Shown here piece by piece: positions 1 through 10,832 of a stretch of 64,000 bases of DNA. Below the pieces are notes generated by a model. It worked only from the letters and a program-made list of their open reading frames with translations, made no database searches and had not been told where the DNA came from. Position 1 is the stretch's first letter. The number at the start of each line of letters is the position of its first letter. A program made the position numbers and the translations under genes. The stretch is taken from sequence record SRR22947725_6733. One strand, written 5' to 3'.

Positions 1-339
1 CAAGTGGATCAGTTCTCGTAACCTCGACCACAGGAGCAACGAATGCTGTTCTTGGCTGCTAGCATAATCAAATGCTTCACATCCTTTAGTGGGGTGTTTC
101 CACTTTTACTATTATTCGCCGCAGATTGTGCACTTCTCATCCCGAAAAAAAGTTCTGCAAGTCGCGGTTCTAAAGTAAGATGCGACTGCCATATCCCACC
201 AACAACATAGCTGCCATTGTTGTAATGAGTGTCTGTTTTTCGTAATACGAAGTTTGGCTTTTTTGAGTATTCACCCAATGACAGTAAAAATGGGTAATCA
301 AATTAATGATTACCCATCATAAAAAATAACAAAATAACC

Positions 340-1596
340 TTACTTAAATTTCTTAGCCACCACGCAGGCATTGTGGCCACCAAACCCAAAGGAATTGTTC
401 ATGACGGCGTTAATTTCCATTTCTCTTGCCTGATTTGGCACATAATCCAAATCACAGTCAGGGTCCGGATTTTCGTAATTGATCGTTGGCGGCACCTTTT
501 GGTCGCGCAGAGCCATGGTACAGGCTGCCATCTCGATGGCTCCTGCAGCACCTAGCATATGGCCGGTTGCCCCTTTGGTTGAACTAACGGATAACTTCCT
601 GGCATGGTCTCCAAAGACAGATTTAATGGCTGAAGTTTCGCATATGTCACCCTGCGGAGTGGATGTTCCATGGGCATTGATATAGCTGATAGAATCTGCA
701 GTGAGTCCGGCTGATCTCAGCGCCATTTTCATACACCGCCCAGCCCCTTCACCATCGGGTGAAGGTGACGTCATATGATAGGCATCCGCAGTATTCCCGT
801 ATCCTGCCAGCTCCGCATATATCTCGGCTCCTCTGGCCCTGGCGTGTTCAAGTTCCTCCAGAACCAGCACAGCGGCTCCTTCCCCCATGACAAAGCCATT
901 TCTTTCAGCATCAAATGGCCTTGATGCACGCTTGGGTTCGTCATTTCTAGTGCTCATTGCTTTCATTGCTGAAAAACCGCCGATGCCTACAGGTGTCACA
1001 GCTGCCTCTGCTCCTCCGGCAAACATGACTTTCGCATCTCCCATCTTCAATGTTCGCCAAGCTTCTCCCAAGGCGTGAGTTGCTGTGGCGCACGCTGAGC
1101 AGGTAGCCACATTTGGGCCTCGCAGGTTGTAATACATCGAAAACAAGCCTGACGCCATGTTGAGGATCTGCATGGGGATCAGGAATGGTGAGACCCGTGA
1201 TGGGCCTTTTGCGGTGAGGATGGTATGTTGTTTTTCTAATGTGGAAAGTCCGCCAATGCCTGAACCTATGAAAGCACCAACCTCATCCAGATTTGTTTTC
1301 TCCAAGTCCAATCCGGAATTTTTGAGTGCCTGATAGCCTGCATAAATTCCAAATTGCGCATAGCGGTCTGTGCGGCGGATCTCCTTGGGAGAAGGGAAGG
1401 CTTCGACTGGGTCCAGGTCAAGCACCTCACCTGCGATCTGGCAGGCGTACTCAGATACGTCAAAGGCTTTTATCGTATCTATGCCGCACTGCCCCTCCAG
1501 TAGATTATTCCAGAGTGTCTCAGGGGCATTGCCTAGGGGGCTGACCACGCCCATGCCGGTGATAACCACGCGGCGGTGTGAATATGAGTCGGACAT
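340..1596 (-). CDS. fabF: 3-oxoacyl-ACP synthase II
   Basis: RRVVITGMG start, ACAT catalytic Cys, NAHGTST, GHMLGAAG, NSFGFGG; next to acpP/fabG. Start moved from 1641 to ATG 1596. Confidence 0.97.
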   Translation of the reverse strand: MSDSYSHRRVVITGMGVVSPLGNAPETLWNNLLEGQCGIDTIKAFDVSEYACQIAGEVLDLDPVEAFPSPKEIRRTDRYAQFGIYAGYQALKNSGLDLEKTNLDEVGAFIGSGIGGLSTLEKQHTILTAKGPSRVSPFLIPMQILNMASGLFSMYYNLRGPNVATCSACATATHALGEAWRTLKMGDAKVMFAGGAEAAVTPVGIGGFSAMKAMSTRNDEPKRASRPFDAERNGFVMGEGAAVLVLEELEHARARGAEIYAELAGYGNTADAYHMTSPSPDGEGAGRCMKMALRSAGLTADSISYINAHGTSTPQGDICETSAIKSVFGDHARKLSVSSTKGATGHMLGAAGAIEMAACTMALRDQKVPPTINYENPDPDCDLDYVPNQAREMEINAVMNNSFGFGGHNACVVAKKFK

Positions 1597-1668
1597 ATAA
1601 AAGTTTGCGGTTGTCGCCATGAAGGAAACAACCGCATCCATTAAGATGTTATTTCAACAGTGCTGGTT

Positions 1669-1914
1669 TTACTCGCCTTGAGTTTCCTCAATGTATTTGT
1701 TGACGTCTCCGACGCTCTGTAGCTTCTCGGCTTCATCGTCCGGTATCTCCTGACCAAACTCTTCTTCGAGAGCCATTACTAGTTCCACGGTATCGAGCGA
1801 ATCGGCACCGAGGTCCTCAATAAATTTGGCCTCTGGTGTGACCTGATCTGCGTTGACGCCGAGCTGTTCGACGATGATATCTTTGACACGTTGTTCGATT
1901 GATTTTTCAGACAT
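1669..1914 (-). CDS. acpP: acyl carrier protein
   Basis: [20 protein letters not shown] phosphopantetheine motif; lies between fabG and fabF. Confidence 0.98.
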   Translation of the reverse strand: MSEKSIEQRVKDIIVEQLGVNADQVTPEAKFIEDLGADSLDTVELVMALEEEFGQEIPDDEAEKLQSVGDVNKYIEETQGE

Positions 1915-2078
1915 GAGTTTCTCCGTAATGTTAAGCTATCAGTGTCATTAACGATCTAGTTTTAACCGTCAAGCCTTGAATCCAAAAAATGAAAAAATAA
2001 AATTGGTCCGATAGCTTGGTTGAATGTTGAAAGTTGCCCCTATAAGCAGCGAATAAGCCAATTTCGCAATTGATTCAG

Positions 2079-2822
2079 TTACATCACCATTCCGCCATCT
2101 ACAGTCAATACCTGACCCGTTATATAACGTCCGCCAGGTCCGGCAAGATAAATGGCTGCATGGGCTATGTCATCTGGGCTTCCCAGTTTCTTGAGAGGTA
2201 TTTGATTAAGGATTCCCTCTTTTTGATCCTCATTTAATTCTGCGGTCATATCTGTTTCGATAAACCCCGGTGCGATGGCATTGCAGGTTACATTTCTGAC
2301 TGCGAGTTCCCTTGCAATGGATTTTGTCAGACCGATAAGTCCTGCTTTGCTGGCTGCGTAATTTGTTTGTCCAGCGTTCCCCATGAGCCCAATGACGGAG
2401 GATATGTTGATGATACGTCCTTGTCTCTGTTTCATGAAAGTGCGAGTGAAAGCCTTGCACATGCTGAAGGCACCTTTCAAGTTGGTATCTAGAACCGTAT
2501 CCCAAGCCTCCTCGGACATCCTCATCAAGAGGTCGTCTCGTGTGACACCTGCATTGTTGACGAGGATATCAACCCTGCCGGTTTCTTTGAGTATCGCTTT
2601 GGCTGCCTCCTGAGTTCTTAGTGTATCGGATACATCCACCGAAAAAGCCCAGGCCCTGCGACCTTTTGCCCGCACAGCTTCAGCAGCTGATTCTGCATTT
2701 GATTCGGTGCGGGATAAGCAGACTACATTCGCTCCTTCCTCCGCGAAGCGAAGCGCAATTGCTTTTCCGATTCCCCGGCCTGCTCCGGTGACGACTGCTA
2801 TCTGGTCATTCATTTGCCCCAT
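2079..2822 (-). CDS. fabG: 3-oxoacyl-ACP reductase
   Basis: TGAGRGIG, NNAG, YAASK SDR motifs, VDGGMVM end; fab context. Start likely 2822 or 2813. Confidence 0.96.
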   Translation of the reverse strand: MGQMNDQIAVVTGAGRGIGKAIALRFAEEGANVVCLSRTESNAESAAEAVRAKGRRAWAFSVDVSDTLRTQEAAKAILKETGRVDILVNNAGVTRDDLLMRMSEEAWDTVLDTNLKGAFSMCKAFTRTFMKQRQGRIINISSVIGLMGNAGQTNYAASKAGLIGLTKSIARELAVRNVTCNAIAPGFIETDMTAELNEDQKEGILNQIPLKKLGSPDDIAHAAIYLAGPGGRYITGQVLTVDGGMVM

Positions 2823-3091
2823 ACGAGACTCATTAGGCAGATTTTTTTCCTGAGTTGTCAACTTTGTTTACAAATCATTTTTTGATTGTATTTTGCTCCG
2901 CTATTTAATTTTAAACCTCATCAGAATACAGAAAAAACTCATATGTGAACCCATAGTCGAAAAATTAAAAGCCTTGTTCAGAATAATAGCTGTGGATGTA
3001 AATACTCTAAATTAGAAGTTGAAAGGGAAGGTTTCCTGCTTTATCTAAACTGATCGCCAACGTAAATAATCAATAACATGCACAAATTCCG

Positions 3092-3409
3092 ATGGGAAAA
3101 TTAAACCCATACAAAGCTTCTGCGAGTGATGAAATGGACAGTATCATCAACCAAGGCCTCTTTGGAGAGTCCAGCTCAAGTGTCTGCCCATCCTATTCCA
3201 CTGACGATAATTTGGTTCAGAAAATAAGGCGAAAGCTTCAGATTACCTACAACACTACAGTTGTTGTAGGCAGGACGCGAATAAAAGACAAACCATATTT
3301 CGCACGTTACGGGACAGACGTCAGTACCAGTACCGAAGTTCTGGCAGAAACCAAGTCCCTTGCCATATGTCGTATGGCGCTTCTGCTTATTCAGCGAAAC
3401 GAAGACTGA
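3092..3409 (+). CDS. small protein resembling the phage ABA-sandwich domain family
   Basis: EMDSII..LFG, PSYSTD and C-terminal AET..LAICRMAL match the family pattern as I recall it; no search run. Confidence 0.55.
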   Translation: MGKLNPYKASASDEMDSIINQGLFGESSSSVCPSYSTDDNLVQKIRRKLQITYNTTVVVGRTRIKDKPYFARYGTDVSTSTEVLAETKSLAICRMALLLIQRNED

Positions 3410-3562
3410 TCCTTTCTGTTCCGACCTCTTTCAAAAATTGAGATTTACTTCTCATGATCAATTTCATTCTTTTCTTTGAATGGATACATCAAAAGAAATT
3501 TGATCAGTCAACATGTTCACATCGAAGGTATTAAATTGATTTTTAAGGCCATTAGAAACCAC

Positions 3563-3598
3563 AAAACACCCCGGAAATTAATATCTCCGGGGTGTTCT
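3563..3598 (-). terminator. intrinsic terminator between convergent genes
   Basis: aacaccccgga (3565-3575) / tccggggtgtt (3586-3596) inverted repeat; T-run follows on the minus strand. Confidence 0.75.
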
Positions 3599-3621
3599 GC
3601 AAAAGCTTAATGGAAGTTTTC

Positions 3622-3867
3622 TTATTTGCGGGCCGTCTTTTTCTTTTTGTTCCCGACCAGCTCTGCCTTGTTGGTTTTCAAGTATTTTTTCACCACTTGC
3701 AATTGCTCTAACTTGACCGGTATACCCTTTTGGCCAAGATTTCGCAGGTGTCTGTAATGGCAAAGTGTCTTTCCGATTTGTACGATTTCGATGTGGAAAT
3801 CTCCAACCTTCCAGAGTTGTCCTATCTCCAGTTCTGTTGTTTGCTTCACGTTATTGTTTAACTTCAT
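3622..3867 (-). CDS. small basic hypothetical protein
   Basis: 81 aa ORF filling the gap, followed by a terminator; L..GQLWK motif, Lys-rich tail. Confidence 0.7.
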   Translation of the reverse strand: MKLNNNVKQTTELEIGQLWKVGDFHIEIVQIGKTLCHYRHLRNLGQKGIPVKLEQLQVVKKYLKTNKAELVGNKKKKTARK

Positions 3868-3968
3868 TATCTACATTAAGACCGAAACAGGTCACTTTGG
3901 TTCAAATGGACTTTACATCCCCACTGGTCTCCTAGCCTAACCGATTTTTGAGAAAACCCAAGACTTCT

Positions 3969-5093
3969 TTACACTTGAATGTCATTTGATACTTTTTCCG
4001 AGAGTTTCTTGAGCCATTTTGACGCAAATTTTAAGGCGGAAACCTGATCAGTGAGATCAGGAGTTATTGAATAAATACGCGTAAACAAATTGGATAGCTT
4101 TTCTTTGTTCCTGACGATTCCCCCAATACCTATGCAAGGTTTACCCATTTCTTTACATTTTTCGGCTACATTTCCAACACACTTACCCATCAAAGAGGAT
4201 AAATCGAGGGATCCCTCACCAGTGATCACGAGGTCCGCCCATGCCAGCTGGGTATTCAGGTCTGCTCTATCTGCAAAAAAATCAAATCCAGACTCAGCTT
4301 TACCGCCAAGAAACGCCATCAGGCCATATCCCAAGCCGCCTGCAGCTCCGCTGCCTGGTTCGAGACGCCATTCATACCCAACAAGTGCATCGACTTGTTG
4401 AGATAGAGAGTGAAAGCAGGCTTCACTTTTTTCCATGTCACATTCCCGCAGTCCTTTTTGGGGTCCATAGATACGCGAAGCGCCCTTGTCACCAAGCAAC
4501 AGATTTTCAACATCCGATGCTATGAGCAGATGTTCAAAGAGATGTCTTTTGCTGGGAGCAGAGGCCAATGAAAGTTGATCCAAATCCGTCCATTCGGTAA
4601 TGGCTTCCCCTGCTTCATTTTCGAACCTCCATCCGAGTGCTTTCGCCATGCCAAAACCGCCATCGTTAGTGGCACTGCCTCCAATGCCCACAACGCAGGT
4701 TTCTGCACCTCTTTTTGCAACTTCTAGCAATACCTTCCCCAATCCGAAAGTATCCAATTGAAAAGGGTGATATCTGGAAGGCGGTAGTTGTGCCAACCCA
4801 ACGATACAGGCTGACTCAATAATGGCCATTTTTTGTTGCTCCTGCCACCACCACTTGGTTGTCAGGGGGCGATGAGCTGCATCAACAGTTTGGCAATCGA
4901 CAGGTTTTGCCTTTTCAAGTTCGGCCAATCTTTCGCCGAACCCGTCGCCTCCATCGCATATGGGCAAGATGCGTAAGTTGTCCTCTGGGCGAGCCATTGA
5001 CCATCCATCACGTATGGAACAAGCCGCTTCCATGCCTGTCATGGTTCCTTTGAATTTGTCTGGTGCAATCAGTATGTTCACAAAGTGCTTCAA
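3969..5093 (-). CDS. glycerate kinase (GlxK/GarK family)
   Basis: IAPDKFKG, DGGDG, GGSATNDGGFG, YGPQKG, GAAGGLG, ITGEG motifs. Confidence 0.93.
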   Translation of the reverse strand: MKHFVNILIAPDKFKGTMTGMEAACSIRDGWSMARPEDNLRILPICDGGDGFGERLAELEKAKPVDCQTVDAAHRPLTTKWWWQEQQKMAIIESACIVGLAQLPPSRYHPFQLDTFGLGKVLLEVAKRGAETCVVGIGGSATNDGGFGMAKALGWRFENEAGEAITEWTDLDQLSLASAPSKRHLFEHLLIASDVENLLLGDKGASRIYGPQKGLRECDMEKSEACFHSLSQQVDALVGYEWRLEPGSGAAGGLGYGLMAFLGGKAESGFDFFADRADLNTQLAWADLVITGEGSLDLSSLMGKCVGNVAEKCKEMGKPCIGIGGIVRNKEKLSNLFTRIYSITPDLTDQVSALKFASKWLKKLSEKVSNDIQV

Positions 5094-5096
5094 AAA

Positions 5097-6698
5097 TCAT
5101 TTCTCTGATTCTGTTGCTAGCTCCGCGATCAAATCGTAATCAGTGAAGCCTGTGATTTGAACCATATGGAATTGGTGCGGCTTTGGTCTGCCTTGAACAT
5201 AAATGCGACCATCAATATCGGGTGCATCTGCTTCGCCTCGGGCAATGGACCACGATGTTGAAGTGTCCAGAGAGATAGCTGATTTTTCAGATTTGGAACG
5301 CAGCAGGCCATGTTCCCAAGAGCGAATGTTTGATTCTTCAATCGCCGCTGCGTCAGCAGGCCCTTCAACTAAGACTCGCATCATCTTACCGACCTGAGCA
5401 GAGGCAAGTTCTCTCGACACCTCCAGCTGAGTTTCCATGGCCCTGGACTTACGAGCTTCTTTGACTTCAACGGGGATTTGATTGGCCATGTCGCCCGCGC
5501 GAGTGCCTTCTTCATGAGAATAGGTGAAAACCCCCAGCCGTTCAAAGCGTGTGTCCTGAATAAATGTTTTTAAAGATTCAAATGCTCCCTCGGTCTCTCC
5601 AGGGAAACCGACAATAAAAGTGGTGCGAATGGCGATATTTGGTATTCCTTCGCGGATACGTTGGATCAGTTCCTCAATGTATTCGCGACTGGTTTCGCGA
5701 CGCATACGTTCAAGCATTGTTGAGTGAATATGTTGAAGTGGGATGTCAACATATTTGGCTACTTTTTTGCATTCTGCGATGGTTTGGATCAGTTCGTCAG
5801 TCCAATGAGCCGGGTGGGTGTAAAGAATACGAATCCAAAAATCGCCCTCGATCGCATTCAGTTGTCTCAGCAGGGAGGAAAGTGTTGAGGCATCTTCAGG
5901 GAGTGCTTCGGAGGCTTCCTTGAACTTTTGGGGTGATGCAATGTTTCGCTTGTGATTTTCTCTAAGATCCATGCCGTAGTAGGTGGAATCCTGAGAAATC
6001 AGGTTAATTTCCTTGATTCCATCGCGAACCATGGCTTTTGCTTCCTGAACAATATCCTCAGGCTGGCGGCTTCTGTGAGAGCCTCGCATACGCGGGATAA
6101 TGCAAAAACTGCATGGGTGATTGCATCCCTCGGCAATCTTCAAATAAGCAAAGTGCTGGGGTGTCAGTCGAAAACGTGGAGTTGTGTAATCAGGAATGTA
6201 ATTCGGTCTTGCAGTGACATCCAGAACGGGGAGCATCTCTTCGCTTTCATTTGTTGCCGCATCGTCACTCACCTTCCCGGCATTCTCTTCCCGGTTAATT
6301 TTTTTTTCGCGATGTTTGTGAGCTTGACGCACGAATTCCGGTATCTGATCCACTTGATCAATTCCCATGAAGACATCCACCTCAGGTAAGAGCTCAGGGA
6401 GTTCCTTCCTGTAGCGCTGGGTCAGACATCCTGCCACGATTAATCCCTGGCCCAGATGTTTTGCTTTCCTAAGCTCGGATGATTCGAGAATGGTGTCTAC
6501 ACTTTCCTCCTGTGCGCTGTCGATGAATGAACAGGTATTGACAACGACAACGTCAGCATCATCTGCGTTGTTTGTGATGGTCATCCCTGCCTGCATGAGG
6601 TGTCCCAGCATGATCTCGGAATCCACCAGATTTTTGGCGCATCCTAACGAAATCATGCCAACCGAGATGGGCGAAGTATTTTTTTCCTTAATGCTCAC
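5097..6698 (-). CDS. rimO: ribosomal protein S12 methylthiotransferase
   Basis: SLGCAKNLVDSE, NTCSFI, EGCNHPCSFCIIP radical-SAM motif, DAPDIDG TRAM domain. Confidence 0.95.
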   Translation of the reverse strand: MSIKEKNTSPISVGMISLGCAKNLVDSEIMLGHLMQAGMTITNNADDADVVVVNTCSFIDSAQEESVDTILESSELRKAKHLGQGLIVAGCLTQRYRKELPELLPEVDVFMGIDQVDQIPEFVRQAHKHREKKINREENAGKVSDDAATNESEEMLPVLDVTARPNYIPDYTTPRFRLTPQHFAYLKIAEGCNHPCSFCIIPRMRGSHRSRQPEDIVQEAKAMVRDGIKEINLISQDSTYYGMDLRENHKRNIASPQKFKEASEALPEDASTLSSLLRQLNAIEGDFWIRILYTHPAHWTDELIQTIAECKKVAKYVDIPLQHIHSTMLERMRRETSREYIEELIQRIREGIPNIAIRTTFIVGFPGETEGAFESLKTFIQDTRFERLGVFTYSHEEGTRAGDMANQIPVEVKEARKSRAMETQLEVSRELASAQVGKMMRVLVEGPADAAAIEESNIRSWEHGLLRSKSEKSAISLDTSTSWSIARGEADAPDIDGRIYVQGRPKPHQFHMVQITGFTDYDLIAELATESEK

Positions 6699-6706
6699 TT
6701 GGATAG

Positions 6707-6735
6707 ATTATGCCGAAGCATTGATCGAAAGGCAA
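6707..6735 (-). promoter_or_regulatory. sigma70-like promoter of rimO
   Basis: TTGCCT-17-CATAAT, 8 nt before the GTG start. Confidence 0.55.
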
Positions 6736-6768
6736 CCACACCAATGTGAGAAATGAATCATGTTACAA

Positions 6769-7794
6769 TCACGAAGCAGCCTGGATTTGCCTGGTGATCT
6801 CCAGGGCTAAGTCCAGAGCTTGTTTGGCAGAGGCGCCGCTGACGGCTGGTTCTGTTTTCGCGCGTACGCACTCGGTAAAATGTTTAATTTCCAATCTTAA
6901 GGGCTCTTCCTTATTTATGGGAACTGGTTCACGTACAATTTTTTTGCCTGCAAATTCGCTGACAACCTTGAAATCCTTTTTGCGTGATGCCAGTAATTGA
7001 GTCCAGAAACTTGAAGGAGTTTCACCTCCACTTGCCACCCGATAAATGAACCCTTCCTGCTTCTGGTAATCCAGTGAGATGTAACTTGCCTCCTTCCCGC
7101 CGCTGAACACCCTTATTTTGCGCATGCGTTCAGGGCTTATGCGGCTCACGGTTAAGTTCGCCACACATCCATTGGCAAATTTCAATCGTGCATTTGCGAT
7201 GTCCGCTGATTTACTCAGAACAGAAACACCGGCAGAATCAACCTGGACTACGTTTGATTTGACAAATGCCAGTACGATATCCAGATCATGAATCATCAGA
7301 TCCAAAACAACTCCTATGTCCGTGCTGCGGGCTGGGTATGGGCTTAGACGGTGCGTTTCAATGAACTTGGGCTCTTTCGCAGAGGCATTGAGATAAGTGA
7401 ACACAGGGTTGAAGCGCTCCACATGACCAATCTGAAGTACACAATTTTTCTTACAGGCCAACTCCACCAGATGTTTTGCCTGTTCGGTGTTATCAGTCAT
7501 CGGTTTTTCGACCAGTAAATGCTTACCTTTCTCCAATAATCCACTTGCAATTGAAAAGTGGGTGATTGTTGGGGTTACTACGCTCAGCGCATGGGCCAAC
7601 TCTGTGGCTTCCTCCATTGTTTGTAACAAGGGGATACGAAGCTGGTTTGCGACTTCTTTCGCCGCCAAAATATTTTGATCATACACTCCGACGCATTCAA
7701 TCAAGCCCTCTTTTGCCAGTTCGGCATAAATGCGGGCATGATGTTTCCCCAGGGCTCCCGTCCCTATGACAGCCACTTTGATCTTCTGATCCAT
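6769..7794 (-). CDS. Gfo/Idh/MocA oxidoreductase (GnnA-like)
   Basis: GTGALG Rossmann motif, EKPM, GHVERFNP, DLMIHD. Confidence 0.88.
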   Translation of the reverse strand: MDQKIKVAVIGTGALGKHHARIYAELAKEGLIECVGVYDQNILAAKEVANQLRIPLLQTMEEATELAHALSVVTPTITHFSIASGLLEKGKHLLVEKPMTDNTEQAKHLVELACKKNCVLQIGHVERFNPVFTYLNASAKEPKFIETHRLSPYPARSTDIGVVLDLMIHDLDIVLAFVKSNVVQVDSAGVSVLSKSADIANARLKFANGCVANLTVSRISPERMRKIRVFSGGKEASYISLDYQKQEGFIYRVASGGETPSSFWTQLLASRKKDFKVVSEFAGKKIVREPVPINKEEPLRLEIKHFTECVRAKTEPAVSGASAKQALDLALEITRQIQAAS

Positions 7795-8059
7795 CAGCAG
7801 AACCTTATTCCAAATGATTGTGATATGCGAATCAAAACCTGAGGGATCGGCTTTTCAAATTTTTGTTTGCTGCGTTGATGGCAGCAGCCTATTGCATAAG
7901 CCTCAAAAGAATCTCAATGCGACACTACAATCCCCCCTCTTTAAAAGCTTATCTGTTGGGTAATGCTGGCCTTGGTTTTCTGGAATTTGGACCACGTTTT
8001 TCTCTTCTGCTTCCAGGAAGTGGACCGTTTCGAATGCCTGTTCTTTCCACGCGGCGTTG

Positions 8060-8445
8060 AAAGCTTGGATCGGTTTTTCCTTTTGAACGTGCGTCGAATG
8101 AATGGGTAATCTTCTGTCAAAAATAACAGTAAGTACCTGCAGGAAATTCAGGAGACGCTCCATGACGCACTCCACATGCATCAAGATCAACGAGAAACCA
8201 TCTGCAGCCCAATCCAGCATGTGCATCACGGGCTTTTCCAGTAAAATGGCCCCCAAAGGGCCGCTGGAAGACCATGGTAATGACAGGCTCCGCTGGGCTG
8301 CACAGTTGCGTGATTGGAATCTAATCCCAAGTTCAACTTGCCGCTGAGCGCTTCATAATTCCAAGTTCCTTGCCGGTTACCGCGCCAATATTCGGCCGTT
8401 CTTGGATCAAACAATATGTCGTTTTTGCTTGTTGCCCATGCTGCA
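8060..8445 (-). pseudogene. degraded YHYH-domain protein gene
   Basis: Motifs in shifting frames: LFDPRTAEYW..WNYEAL..LGLDSNHATVQPSGACHYHGLP / DWAADGF / LDACGVRHGASPEFPAGTYCYF / LTEDYPFIRR. No 5' part; abuts the glpK stop. Confidence 0.8.
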
Positions 8446-8465
8446 CCTTGAATTCGTGTTATGGA

Positions 8466-9950
8466 TTAGCTGGCAAGCCAGCTTTTCGAGCGTCCAAGTG
8501 CTTTTTGCCACCCGAGCGTTAGTTTCTTCACTTGTTTGAGATTCATCTTCGGGTCGAATTGCGAGTCTACCTGCCACTGTACAGCGATATCCTCCTTGTC
8601 TTTCCAATAACCAACGGCAAGCCCTGCGAGATAGGCAGCACCCAAAGCGGTGGTTTCGGAAACTTTGGGTCGAAGGACGGGAACACCAAGCAGATCCGAT
8701 TGAAACTGCATGAGTAAATTGTTCAAAGAAGCGCCACCGTCGACTCGGAGTTCCTTGAGTTTGAGCCCGGCATCTTTCTCCATGGCCTTAACTACATCAG
8801 CAACCTGATAGGCAATTCCTTCCAGAGCTGCGCGGGCTATGTGCCCCGCATTACTGCCTCGAGTCAGCCCTACCATGGTTCCCCTTGCATATTGGTCCCA
8901 ATGTGGGGCACCAAGGCCTGCGAAAGCAGGAACAAAATAGACACCTCCATTGTCGTCCACTGTTTGAGCCAGAGCCTCTATGTCGGCGGATTTACGGATT
9001 AGTCCGAGCCCGTCTCTCAGCCATTGAGTCACCGCTCCTGCAATGAAGATGCTTCCTTCCAGAGCATATTCTGTTTTGTTACCAATCTTCCAAGCCACCG
9101 TGGAAAGAAGGTTGTTCTTGGAAGTCTTAGGGCGTGTTCCGGTCTGCATCAGCATAAAACAGCCAGTACCGTAGGTGTTTTTCACCATACCCGGGGAAGT
9201 GCAGGCCTGACCAAACAAGGCTGCTTGCTGATCGCCTGCGATTCCCGCGACAGGTATTTTTCCTCCGAGAGCGGTTGTTTCAAAATAGACTTCACTTGAA
9301 GATTTGATATCCGGCAGCAAGCTTCGAGGTACATTGAACAAGTCCAGCAATGAATCGTCCCAGTCACCTTTCTTCAGATTGTAAAGTAATGTTCGGCAAG
9401 CGTTCGTGGGATCTGTGATATGTTGTTCCCCGTTCGAGAGTTTCCAGAGCAACCAGCTGTCCACAGTTCCAAAAGCCAATCTTCCATCCCTAGCTAATTT
9501 TTTCGCTCCGCGCACATTATTCAGGATCCACCGAATCTTCGTTCCCGAAAAATAGGCATCCAGAACCAAGCCGGTTTGTTTCTTGATCATATCCGATAGT
9601 CCTGCGTCTCTCAGTTCATCACAGAACTTTGAAGTGCGCCGGTCTTGCCACACGATCGCATTATAGATCGGTTCTCCGGTTTGACGGTCCCAAACGATGG
9701 TAGTCTCTCTTTGATTGGTGATACCAATTCCCTTGATGTCGCTGGGTTTGAGTTGCGCTTTTTTGAGAGCACGTTTTGCGACTTGCAGTTGGCTGCTCCA
9801 GATCTCCGAGGGATCGTGTTCTACCCAACCTGGCTTGGGATAAATTTGCTCAAATTCTTTTTGAGCAACAGAAATTATACTTCCTTTGTTATCGAATACG
9901 ATGGCGCGAGAACTGGTTGTTCCCTGATCAAGAGCTAAAATATATTTCAT
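8466..9950 (-). CDS. glpK: glycerol kinase
   Basis: [48 protein letters not shown]; start ATG 9950 (MKYIL). Confidence 0.98.
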   Translation of the reverse strand: MKYILALDQGTTSSRAIVFDNKGSIISVAQKEFEQIYPKPGWVEHDPSEIWSSQLQVAKRALKKAQLKPSDIKGIGITNQRETTIVWDRQTGEPIYNAIVWQDRRTSKFCDELRDAGLSDMIKKQTGLVLDAYFSGTKIRWILNNVRGAKKLARDGRLAFGTVDSWLLWKLSNGEQHITDPTNACRTLLYNLKKGDWDDSLLDLFNVPRSLLPDIKSSSEVYFETTALGGKIPVAGIAGDQQAALFGQACTSPGMVKNTYGTGCFMLMQTGTRPKTSKNNLLSTVAWKIGNKTEYALEGSIFIAGAVTQWLRDGLGLIRKSADIEALAQTVDDNGGVYFVPAFAGLGAPHWDQYARGTMVGLTRGSNAGHIARAALEGIAYQVADVVKAMEKDAGLKLKELRVDGGASLNNLLMQFQSDLLGVPVLRPKVSETTALGAAYLAGLAVGYWKDKEDIAVQWQVDSQFDPKMNLKQVKKLTLGWQKALGRSKSWLAS

Positions 9951-9967
9951 GAGATGCTTGTTGAGCT

Positions 9968-10717
9968 TTATGGGGTTGGAGTGATAGTCCAAAGCCATTT
10001 GAAAACGAAAGCGGCAATTGCCCCCCCTATGAGAGGGCCCACAATGGGCACCCAGGCATAAGACCAATCGCTGTCGCCTTTACCGTGAATGGGCAAAATG
10101 GCGTGTGCAATGCGGGGGCCCAAATCCCGAGCCGGATTAATTGCGTATCCAGTAGGACCACCCAATGAGAGGCCGATTGATAGAACGAGTAGCCCTACAA
10201 GGAGGGGCCCAAACCCTCTGTCGAAGCCTGATCCGGGAACAAGGTTTTCGGGTCTTAAAATTGTCAAAACCCCGAGGACCAGAACAAAAGTGCCAATAAT
10301 TTCAGCAATCAGATTCTTGGGCTTGTCCCTGATCGCCGGTGCTGTGCTGAAAGTGGCAAGTTTGGCGCTTTGATCACTAGTCTCCTTCCAATGTGGCAAG
10401 TAGGTCAGCCACACGAGGATAGACCCTAGAATTGCGCCAATCATCTGGGCCAGAATATAGCCAGGAACCTGACTCCAACCGAAGTCTCCGTGGCCAATCA
10501 GGGCCAGCGAAACCGTTACTGCCGGATTCAGGTGGGCGCCGCTGATGGCTCCCACGAGATAAACAGCCATGGTCACCGCCATTCCCCAGCCTGCGGTGAT
10601 GACCATCCAGCCTGCATTATTGCTTTTGGTTTTATTGAGGACCACGCCAGCTACGACGCCATTGCCCAGCAGGACAAGGATCATCGTTCCAATGATTTCT
10701 GCGGAAAAAGGAGACAT
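9968..10717 (-). CDS. glpF: glycerol uptake facilitator (aquaglyceroporin)
   Basis: [10 protein letters not shown] and GYAINPARD; directly upstream of glpK. Confidence 0.95.
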   Translation of the reverse strand: MSPFSAEIIGTMILVLLGNGVVAGVVLNKTKSNNAGWMVITAGWGMAVTMAVYLVGAISGAHLNPAVTVSLALIGHGDFGWSQVPGYILAQMIGAILGSILVWLTYLPHWKETSDQSAKLATFSTAPAIRDKPKNLIAEIIGTFVLVLGVLTILRPENLVPGSGFDRGFGPLLVGLLVLSIGLSLGGPTGYAINPARDLGPRIAHAILPIHGKGDSDWSYAWVPIVGPLIGGAIAAFVFKWLWTITPTP

Positions 10718-10729
10718 AAAGGATAAAAA

Positions 10730-10758
10730 ACCCTAGAGTTGCACTCCTTGCTAGGCAA
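10730..10758 (-). promoter_or_regulatory. sigma70-like promoter of glpFK
   Basis: TTGCCT-17-TAGGGT, 12 nt before the ATG. Confidence 0.45.
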
Positions 10759-10803
10759 GCCCTAATGTTAAACTCACAACTTATGTTCAATAAACAATTA
10801 GCT

Positions 10804-10832
10804 TTGACCATCACATCTATTTGCTAAAGAAT
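10804..10832 (+). promoter_or_regulatory. sigma70-like promoter of the STAS operon
   Basis: TTGACC-17-AAGAAT, divergent from glpF. Confidence 0.35.
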
